DNA of 63,291 nt, filler included, from Convolutriloba macropyga (lineage: Eukaryota): NCBI RefSeq assembly GCF_964194025.1. It is 7 parts of 6 records of this genome, joined end to end, with 100 filler letters (N's around TTAATTAATTAA, not from the genome) between each part and the next. Parts side by side here need not be neighbours in the genome. Positions count along the whole stretch, not along the records: positions 1 to 15,640 come from NC_134479.1; 6 more parts are not named here. The stretch is one strand, 5' to 3'. Positions within the stretch are counted from its first letter, which is position 1; every line of letters starts with the position of its first letter. Below are positions 1 through 10,397 of the stretch, one piece after another. A model generated the notes under the pieces. That model was not told where the DNA came from and searched no databases. It saw nothing but the letters and a program-made list of their open reading frames with translations. Position numbers and translations under genes: made by a program.

Positions 1-1780
1 AAGTTGAGAGAAGTATTGACGAAGCTGCGATAGACGCCTATGAAACACCAAGAGAACACTGGCAAACTGATGTACGACCACAACTGCTTAGACGACTGAT
101 TTCTGAGAGAAAGAACACAGCCCCAGGCGATGACTAAGTTTCTTATAAAATCCTGAAACAACTGCCAGACAACATCATAGAGAACCTTTGCGAACTCATT
201 CAAGAATCGCTCAAACGAGGCAAGATACCAACGTGCTGGAAGAAGGCCAAAGTCTGCATGCTCCCTAAACCAGGCAAGGATCACACGAACATCAAGAATT
301 ACAGACCCCTCTCTTTGACAAGCTGCATTGGCAAACTAGGCGAAATTATCGTAAAGGAGCATCTGATCAAACACTGCGAGGACTTAAACGTATTCAGAAA
401 CACCCAAGGTGCATACAGAACGAAGAGATCAACTGTTGACAATCTGCTATGCCTGACTCAACACGCCTTCAGCGAAGCTCTCTGGAAACGACCAACTGCA
501 GCAGTCTTTCTTGACGTACAACAAGCATTTGATGCAGTGTGGCACAAGGGACTACTCTACAGACTCCAGGAGAACAAAGTTCCAATGTGGATCATCAAAT
601 GGACCAAGGACTACCTCAAGAACAGAGAACTGAAAGTTGTGTATAAGCAAGCTGTAGCAGAGGGCTTCGTCCCAAGTGCCGGTGTCCCTCAAGGAGGAGT
701 TATAAGTCCAGTTCTTTTCAACATCTATGTCAGTAAAACCGAAGTAGCAACAGCCAATGTCTCCCAGTATGCAGATGATATAGCACTCTACACGACCAAC
801 GCAACCTGCAAAGCAGCCACTCTAAGACTACAAAGAGCACTCGACACACTTGACCACTGGTGCAACCTATGGAAGATCAAACTCAATCCTGACAAGACGC
901 ATTTCATGCTCATCACTCGACTGAAAGACAAACAACAACTACTGACCATCAAAGGAGCGCAATTGAAGACAACAAAGAAAACAACCTTTTTAGGAGTAGA
1001 AATATCAGACAGCTTGACTTGGACAGAGCACATCAACAAAGTTGAACCGAAAGTTTTCGCCAGGACAAACAGACTCAAAATACTCAAAGCTAAAGGAATC
1101 AGCTCTAAAAGCCTAATCAAATTTACAAGATGACTATCAGACCAATCATGGAGTACGCCTCACCAGCCTGGGCCAATGCTCCGAACTCACTCTTACAAAG
1201 ACTACAGATACTACAAAACAGAGCACTGAAGACAGCACTAGATCTACCTCCTTGGACATCCACGACAGAAGTACACAGCAGAGCTAACATACCGACCATA
1301 ACTGAATACTTAACAAGTCGCAACATCAACTACCTGAAACGAGCATCGAAGTACAACTCCTCTATAAGAGAACTCATCCAAGATGAACTGAAGACAGTAC
1401 AAACCGACAGCAATCTCAGTACTCCGATACAGACGATACTGTTCCAAACAGCAATTGAGCGGCTTTCAAATACATCAACTGACGTTCCAACTTAAATGGA
1501 CAAACCTCTAAATCTTTACAAATACAATTCAACTTTTTCTTCCCATACTTCAAGACATTAACTACTTTCTTACTTCTCTTTTGGTGGCCTAAGACGACAA
1601 AGCAATGCAAGGTGCAAACTGACATCTACCTCATCTCTCTTCTCTTACCCAATCCTGACGAATAGACGCAAAACCAAGAACTGACCAAACAAGAGACTGC
1701 AAAGCAAGACGCGAGTTTACACGGCTTCTTGAAAAGAGGCCATAGAAGCTCAAGACAAACCCCTTCACTTCACAGGGTGC
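1..1780 (+). mobile_element. 3' portion of a Jockey-like non-LTR retrotransposon (RT, C-terminal region, 3' UTR); 5' end lies outside the window
   Basis: Motifs PKPGKD..NYRPLSLTS..GK, FLDVQQAFDAVWH, GVPQGGVISP, QYADD, FLGV, then RPIMEYASPAW..LQILQNRALK; no RNase H. The 3' boundary (~1780) is inferred from the start of a histone-type CAACCCAA leader. Confidence 0.85.
3..1495 (+). pseudogene. Non-LTR reverse transcriptase ORF with two lesions
   Basis: The frame continues upstream of the 258 ATG as APGDD*VSYKILKQLP (TAA at 135-137). A 1-nt frameshift near 1125 separates ORFs 258-1133 and 1130-1495. Confidence 0.85.
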
Positions 1781-1849
1781 CCCAACCCAAACCAACACAA
1801 CTACAACTACAACTAATAAAAGAGGAGCAGCAGAGGACAGCAAGAGGAA

Positions 1850-2218
1850 ATGGCACCCAAAGTGAGCGGCAAAGCAGTGAAGAAGGCAGGCAAGGAACAG
1901 AAGAAGCCCTCTGGTGACAACAAGAAGAAAAAGAAGAGGAGAGAGACCTACTCCCTCTACATCTACAAGGTGCTGAAGCAGGTCCACCCCGACACTGGCA
2001 TCTCCTCCAAAGCTATGTCGATCATGAACTCGTTCGTGAACGATATCTTTGAGAGGATAGCTGGAGAAGCTTCGAAACTGGCCCACTACAACAAGCGATC
2101 AACCATCTCAAGCCGGGAGATCCAGACTGCAGTGAGGCTCTTGCTACCAGGAGAGTTGGCCAAGCATGCTGTGAGCGAGGGAACCAAAGCTGTGACCAAA
2201 TACACCAGCTCCAAGTAA
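1850..2218 (+). CDS. H2B: Histone H2B
   Basis: Intact ORF with [20 protein letters not shown]...AVTKYTSSK; 3' stem-loop at 2249-2264. Confidence 0.98.
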   Translation: MAPKVSGKAVKKAGKEQKKPSGDNKKKKKRRETYSLYIYKVLKQVHPDTGISSKAMSIMNSFVNDIFERIAGEASKLAHYNKRSTISSREIQTAVRLLLPGELAKHAVSEGTKAVTKYTSSK

Positions 2219-2248
2219 AGTCCGTTGCTACTTAAGCAACAACACACA

Positions 2249-2264
2249 GGCCTTTTCAAAGGCC
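2249..2264 (+). terminator. Histone mRNA 3' stem-loop (H2B)
   Basis: GGCCTT-TTCA-AAGGCC followed by ACCA; 6-bp stem and 4-nt loop. Confidence 0.92.
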
Positions 2265-2375
2265 ACCAAACCTTTTGAAGTTAACTTAAAAGCTGCAATG
2301 AAGCTCAAAACAAGCTAACTTGAAGCTAAAAACCTTATTTTAAAAGTTGCCGGTACCCTTATTCTATGTATTTTC

Positions 2376-2641
2376 GAGCTATAGCTAGCTCGAGCTCAAC
2401 TTAGCTAGCTTGAGCTTGAGCTAGCTAGTTTGAGCTTGAGCTAGCTAGTGTGAGCTTCAGATAGCTAGTGTGAGCTTGAGCTAGCTAGCTCGAGCTTGAT
2501 AGCTTGAGCTTAAGCTAGCTGGCTTGAGCTTGCTATCTTGAGCTTGAGCTTGAGCTTGCTAGCTTGAGCTTGCCAGCTTGAGCTTGAGCTTGCTGGCTTG
2601 AGCTTCAGCTTGCTAGCTGCAGTTAGAGCTAACTTGAGCTC
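2376..2641. repeat. AGCT/(TTGAGC)n low-complexity spacer; second copy at ~6203-6468
   Basis: Dense runs of gagctt and gcta. Confidence 0.85.
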
Positions 2642-2760
2642 TCTGCCAATCAGAGTGCGAGAAAAGCGCTCCCAAATAGACTAACAGTGGCAGCCAATCA
2701 GAGAGCTAAAAAATCAAAACTGCATAGAATATAAGTACCTGCAGCTCTGAGCAGAGGTAA

Positions 2761-3030
2761 AGGTCCGAGCAGGCTTGCTCGGGCATAGGCGAAGGTCCGA
2801 GCAGGCTTGCTCGGGCATAGGCGAAGGTCCGAGCAAGCTTGCTCGGGCATAGGCGAAGGTCCGAGCAAGCTTTCTCGGGCATAGGCGAAGGTCCGAGCAA
2901 GCTTGCTCGGGCATAGGCGAAGGTCCGAGCAAGCTTGCTCGGGCATAGGCGAAGGTCCGAGCAAGCTTGCTCGGGCATAGGCGAAGGTCCGAGCAAGCTT
3001 GCTCGGGCATAGGCGAAGCTCCGAGCAAGC
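2761..3030. repeat. 32-bp tandem minisatellite, 8 units
   Basis: Unit GCATAGGCGAAGGT+CCGAGCAAGCTTGCTCGG; GCATAGGCGAAG recurs at 2783, 2815 ... 3007. Confidence 0.95.
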
Positions 3031-3089
3031 TACCTCTAAGCTCCAAAATTGCCAAAACCCTTATTCTATATAACTCCTCAAAAACTCTC

Positions 3090-3709
<620 letters not shown>

Positions 3710-3735
3710 AATCTATCAACTCTCCAACCCAAAAC

Positions 3736-3751
3736 GGCCTTTTTAAAGGCC
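3736..3751 (+). terminator. Histone 3' stem-loop (H3)
   Basis: GGCCTT-TTTA-AAGGCC-ACCA. Confidence 0.92.
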
Positions 3752-4179
3752 ACCAAACCTTGCAAGTTAACTAACTATCTTCAAGCTAGCTTATAATAAG
3801 CTCAAAACAGCTTATAGCTCTTATTTTGAGCTTGAGTTGAGGTATACCAACATTTTCTAAAACCCATATTTAATTCAGCCAATCAGAAAGCGAGAAAATC
3901 AAAAGTGAATAGAATAAGTGTTTATGCAGCTTCTAGCAGCTGTAAGGTACGAGCAAGCTACCTCGGAGCCTGAGTAATGTACGAGTAAGTTACCTCGGCC
4001 TTCGGAAGCTGCCTAGCTGCAGAAACACTTATTCTATGCATTCTTGATTTTCTCGCTCTCTGATTGGCTGAGCCAAATATGGGTTCTTGAAAGGTATCTC
4101 TATGGCTCGTTTTAAGTTGAATTAGGGGTTTTTGAAGGTGTCAGCTCTCGACCAATCACATTGCGAGAAAATACAGTGA

Positions 4180-4563
<384 letters not shown>

Positions 4564-4593
4564 GCTCTGAGCAGCTCTACCTCAACACAAACA

Positions 4594-4609
4594 GGCCTTT
4601 TTAAAGGCC
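4594..4609 (+). terminator. Histone 3' stem-loop (H4)
   Basis: GGCCTT-TTTA-AAGGCC-ACCA. Confidence 0.92.
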
Positions 4610-4959
4610 ACCAAACCTTCTAAATTTACCTTACTAGCTAGTAATCTCAAGCTATGTAGCTAGCAAGCTCAAAACAAGCTAATTGTCTTAATTTAAGCTT
4701 GAGTTGAGGTATCTGAACTTTGTTCAAAAACTCTTATTTCTTTCAGCTAATCAGAGTTCGAGAAACTGTTAGGCTATTTGGGAGCTCTTTTCTCGCACTC
4801 TGATTGGCTGCCACTGTTAGGCTATTTGGGAGCGCTTTTCTCGCACTCTGATTGGCTTAGCAACATAAGGGTTTTTGGAGCGCATTTTTAACTTAGGTAG
4901 CCATATGTGAGTCTGGGTAACAACCATTTACAACAGACGAAGAAACAAGACGAAGAGAG

Positions 4960-5361
4960 ATGTCAGGCAAAGGAGGCAAATCGAAGAGCGGCAAGGTGGG
5001 AGCTAAGGCCAAGACCCGATCAAGCCGATCTTGACTGCAGTTCCCCGTGGGCCGAATCCACCGATTCATCCGCAAGGGCAACTACGCTGAGAGGGTGGGA
5101 GCTGGAGCCCCAGTGTACCTTGCTGCTGTGCTTGAGTACTTGACTGCTGAGATCTTTGAGCTTGCTGGCAACGCTGCTAAGGACAACAAGAAGTCGAGAA
5201 TCATCCCCCGACACTTGCAGCTTGCTAGCAGAAACGACGAGGAGCTGAACAAGCTGCTGCAAGGAGTGACCATTGCTCAAGGTGGTGTGCTACCCAACAT
5301 CCAAGCAGTGCTCTTGCCCAAGAAGCAGTCTTCCTCTCAGCCCAAGTCTGACAAGAAGTAA
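4960..5361 (+). pseudogene. H2A: Histone H2A with a premature stop
   Basis: ATG at 4960 gives [34 protein letters not shown]...; TGA at 5032-5034 replaces the conserved Gly of SRAGLQF. Stem-loop at 5391-5406. Confidence 0.93.
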
Positions 5362-5390
5362 AGAAGCTTCTAGCTTGCTACTTCAACACC

Positions 5391-5406
5391 GGCCTTTTTA
5401 AAGGCC
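5391..5406 (+). terminator. Histone 3' stem-loop (H2A)
   Basis: GGCCTT-TTTA-AAGGCC-ACCA. Confidence 0.92.
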
Positions 5407-5696
5407 ACCAAACCTTCGAAGTTACCTTACTGGCTTCAGCTTACTACCTAGCAAGCTCAAATTAAGCTAAATGTCTTATTTTAAGCTCGAATTGAGGTAT
5501 TTGAACTTCATTCATAAACCCTTATTTGGTTCAGCCAATCAGATTGCGAGAAAGTGTTAGGCTGTTTGGGAGCTCTTTTCTCGTACTCTGATTGGCTGAG
5601 AGCTCAATATACTGTTAGGCTATTTTGGGAGCTCTTTTCTCGCACTGTGATTGGCTGAAAAAGTGACGTGATATGACGTAGAAGCCGGCGTGCCTA

Positions 5697-6045
5697 CAAA
5701 GCAGTGAAGAAGGCAGGCAAGGCACAGAAGAAGCCCTCTGGTGACAAGAAGAAGAAAAAGAAGAGGAGAGAGACCTACTCCCTCTACATCTACAAGGTGC
5801 TGAAGCAGGTCCACCCCGACACTAGCATCTCCTCCAAAGCTATGTCGATCATGAACTCGTTCGTGAACGATATCTTTGAGAGGATAGCTGGAGAAGCTTC
5901 GAGACTGGCCCACTACAACAAGCGATCAACCATCTCAAGCCGGGAGATCCAGACTGCAGTGAGGCTCTTGCTACCAGGAGAGTTGCCCAAGCATGCTGTG
6001 AGCGAGGGAACCAAAGCTGTGACCAAATACACCAGCTCCAAGTAA
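5697..6045 (+). pseudogene. H2B: 5'-deleted histone H2B (no leader, ATG or first ~7 codons)
   Basis: Identity to the 1850 copy starts at CAAAGCAGTG (5697). Extra substitutions DTG>DTS and ELAK>ELPK. Stem-loop at 6076-6091. Confidence 0.92.
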
Positions 6046-6587
6046 AGTCCGTTGCTACTTAAGCAACAACACACAGGCCTTTTTAAAGGCCATCAAACCT
6101 TTTGAAGTTAACTTAATAGCTGCAATGAAGCTCAAAACAAGCTAACTTGAAGCTAAAAACCTTGTTTTCAAAGTTGCCGGTACCCTTATTCTATGTATTT
6201 TCGAGCTATAACTAGCTCGAGCTCAACTTAGCTAGCTTGAGCTTGAGCTAGCTAGTTTGAGCTTGAGCTAGCTAGTGTGAGCTTCAGATAGCTAGTGTGA
6301 GCTTGAGCTAGCTAGCTCGAGCTTGATAGCTTGAGCTTGAGCTAGCTGGCTTGAGCTTGCTATCTTGAGCTTGAGCTTGAGCTTGCTAGTTTGAGCTTGC
6401 CAGCTTGAGCTTGAGCTTGCTGGCTTGAGCTTGAGCTTGCTAGCTGCAGTTAGAGCTAACTTGAGCTCTCTGCCAATCAGAGTGCGAGAAAAGCGCTCCC
6501 AAATAGCCTAACAGTGGCAGCCAATCAGAGAGCTAGAAAATCAAAACTGCATAGAATATAAGTACCTGCAGCTCTGAGCAGAGGTGA

Positions 6588-6761
6588 AGGTCCGAGCAGG
6601 CTTGCTCGGGCATAGGCGAAGGTCCGAGCAGGCTTGCTCGGGCATAGGCGAAGGTCCGAGCAGGCTTGCTCGGGCATAGGCGAAGGTCCGAGCAAGCTTG
6701 CTCGGGCATAGGCGAAGGTCCGAGCAAGCTTGCTCGGGCATAGGCGAAGCTCCGAGCAAGC
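6588..6761. repeat. 32-bp tandem minisatellite, 5 units
   Basis: Same unit as 2761-3030; GCATAGGCGAAG at 6610, 6642, 6674, 6706 and 6738. Confidence 0.95.
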
Positions 6762-6957
6762 TACTTCTAAGCTCCAAAATTGCCAAAACCCTTATTCTAT
6801 ATAACTCCTCAAAAACTCTCAGCCAATCAAAGTGCGAGAAAAGCGCTCCCAAATAGCCTAACAGTGGCAGCCAATCAGAGTGCAAGAGAAGCGCTCCCAA
6901 ATAGCCTAACAGTTGATTCAAGCTCTAAGCCAATGAGAGATCACTAGTTCGGGGTAG

Positions 6958-7440
<483 letters not shown>

Positions 7441-7911
7441 AAAGCTATCAACTCTCCAACCCAAAACGGCCTTTTTAAAGGCCACCAAACCTTGCAAGTT
7501 AACTAACTATCTTCAAGCTAGCTTATAATAAGCTCAAAACAGCTTATAGCTCTTATTTTGAGCTTGAGTTGAGGTATACCAACATTTTCTAAAACCCATA
7601 TTTAATTCAGCCAATCAGAAGGCGAGAAAATCAAAAGTGAATAGAATAAGTGTTTATGCAGCTTCTAGCAGTTGTAAGGTACGAGCAAGCTACCTCGGAG
7701 CCTGAGTAATGTATGAGTAAGTTACCTCGGCCTTCGGAAGCTCCCTAGCTGCAGAAACACTTATTCTATGCATTCTTGATTTTCTCGCTCTCTGATTGGC
7801 TGAGCCAAATATGGGTTCCTGAAAGGTATCTCTATGGCTCGTTTTAAGTTGAAATAGGGGTTTTTGATGGTATCAGCTCTCAACCAATCACATTGCGAGA
7901 AAATACAGTGA

Positions 7912-8295
<384 letters not shown>

Positions 8296-8497
8296 GCTCT
8301 GAGCAGCTCTACCTCAACACAAACAGGCCTTTTTAAAGGCCACCAAACCTTCTAAATTTACCTTACTAGCTAGTAATCTCAAGCTATGTAGCTAGCAAGC
8401 TCAAAACAAGCTAATTGTCTTAATTTAAGCTTGAGTTGAGGTATCTGAACTTTGTTCAAAAACTCTTATTTCTTTCAGCTAATCAGAGTTCGAGAAA

Positions 8498-8834
8498 CTG
8501 TTAGGCTATTTGGGAGCTCTTTTCTCGCACTCTGATTGGCTGCCACTGTTAGGCTATTTGGGAGCGCTTTTCTCGTACTCTGATTGGCTGAGAGCTTTTG
8601 AGGAGTTATATAGAATAAGGTTTTTGGCAATTTTGGAGCTTAGAGGTAGCTTGCTCGGGCATAGGCGAAGGTCCGAGCAAACTACCTCTAAGCTCCAAAA
8701 TTGCCAAAACCCTTATTCTATATAACTCCTCAAAAGCTCTCAGCCAATCAGAGTGCGAGAAAAGCGCTCCCAAATAGCCTAACAGTGGCAGCCAATCAGA
8801 GTGCGAAAAAAGCGCTCCCAAATAGCCTAACAGT
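8498..8834. repeat. Long near-perfect inverted repeat (~160-bp arms, 14-nt loop)
   Basis: 8498-8658 is the reverse complement of 8673-8834 with few mismatches; the loop is GCATAGGCGAAGGT. Confidence 0.9.
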
Positions 8835-8998
8835 GGCAGCCAATCAGAGTGCGAGAGAAGCGCTCCCAAATAGCCTAACAGTTGTTTCAAGCTCTAAGCT
8901 AATGAGAGATCATTAGTTCGGGGTAGTTAGGCAGCGATTTTGAGCAAAAATATCAACCCAACTACAACTACAACTATCACTACAACAGACGAAGAGAG

Positions 8999-9014
8999 AT
9001 GGCAAGGACAAAGC
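8999..9014 (+). pseudogene. H3: Third H3, truncated after MARTK, with full promoter and leader
   Basis: 8670-9014 matches 3018-3314 (with one extra CCAAT module), then switches abruptly to AT-rich unrelated sequence. Confidence 0.85.
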
Positions 9015-10397
9015 CTACCAACCGCGCTTTTCGGTTTTCTATAAAATTGGTTTTCGTTTCAAAATAATTTATATAAAAAATTATGTCCCTTTAAATATCT
9101 GCTAAATCTGTACTTTCTTTGGAGCAAACGTCGGCTTATCAAACAGTGTTCGAAAACTTTGTTGTTCTGATTCAACAGAAGAGACAAGGTGATATTTGGC
9201 AAGCTTACAATAACGCTTTTGCTTTTACCAGAGAAGACAGAACCGACAGAATGCAGTCTTTTTACATCACTAGGACACTTACCTCCAAAAACTTTGCCAA
9301 CCCTTCAACATCTTGACATGGAGTTATTACATGTTATTACATGACGACTTCAAACTAATTTTTTTCGTTACGATTCAAACTTTTTTCGATTCAAACTAAT
9401 CAGCTCGGGTCTTATCAAGCTGACGTAAAATTAGCTGACAAAATTAGCTGACAATCAATCGCAAATGAATTCCCAGCTTACCGATAAGGCCAGCAGTTGA
9501 TCCGAGTCCCAGTTTGACACAGAAATCTAATCTATCTCTTTGCGGGAATTACTAGGGATAGTTTTACGGCCCTGTTAAATGACAGTCAGTTCGATACAGC
9601 AAAACTTTTAGCAACACAATTTAAAACACCAGAACCAGCACGGTGACTTGTATTCAGTATCTCAAACACGCCAAAAAAATCCAATGCACTAAATAAACGG
9701 CTACCTGAGAATTTCCTTTATGGATTTATTTCATAAATTTAAAAATAGAAATTGATCAATCACCGCAAAACTTTTAGATACATGTTGTAAGATGTTAATT
9801 TGGTTGTTAGTTTTAACATATTATGATTTTAACCTTCGGAATGCTCAATATATCTTTTTGATGCCTCTTTCTTTTCACTACTGATCAAGATCAAACATGT
9901 TTGGTAAAAATTTTCTCTGTCCCTTTTGACCTAAATACACAAATTTTTCCCCCAACAAACAATCAAGTACCGCAATTACTATAACGCAGTTGATGTGTTT
10001 AATAAATATTCTTCTGAATCTACAAATTCTTCGTTATCATTATTTCCTAAACACAAAATTATAAAAAATAAAGCAATTTTTTAGAACGTAAACGCACGTT
10101 GTATTGGAGCCAATGACATGCTACAGCTGTAGCATGAAATAAATTCCAAAATCGATTAAAATTGAAGAAATAATCTAAAATAAGCAACGAAAAGAAGTTT
10201 TGAATTTTGAAACCACAGAGTTTTGAAAAAACATTTTCCGCCAAAACCAACCAATGCAATTGTAGAACATTAAAGTTTTGAAATGCGCGCTCAGAAATTA
10301 CATTTATGCTTCAGTTTTGGTAACCTTAGTCATTTCCGAGTTATTCACTTGTTATCACAGTTCTGTTAGAAACCGAAATTCATCAAAACTATTAGAA

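Noticed and set aside
1631-2086. Antisense ORFs over histone and RT genes
   Set aside because: They are shadow ORFs caused by the codon bias of the real genes.
2740-2800. Hammerhead ribozyme in the minisatellite
   Set aside because: There is no CUGANGA core paired with GAAA.
2761-3030. CRISPR-like palindromic repeat array
   Set aside because: The spacers are identical, there are no cas genes and the context is eukaryotic; it is a minisatellite.
5047-5361. 104-aa H2A starting at GTG, and likewise the 113-aa H2B at 5704
   Set aside because: The ORF caller used non-ATG starts; the real genes have a nonsense codon and a 5' deletion respectively.
5323-5361. H2A.X call from the SQ in the tail
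   Set aside because: [10 protein letters not shown] is not the terminal SQ(E/D)-hydrophobic motif.
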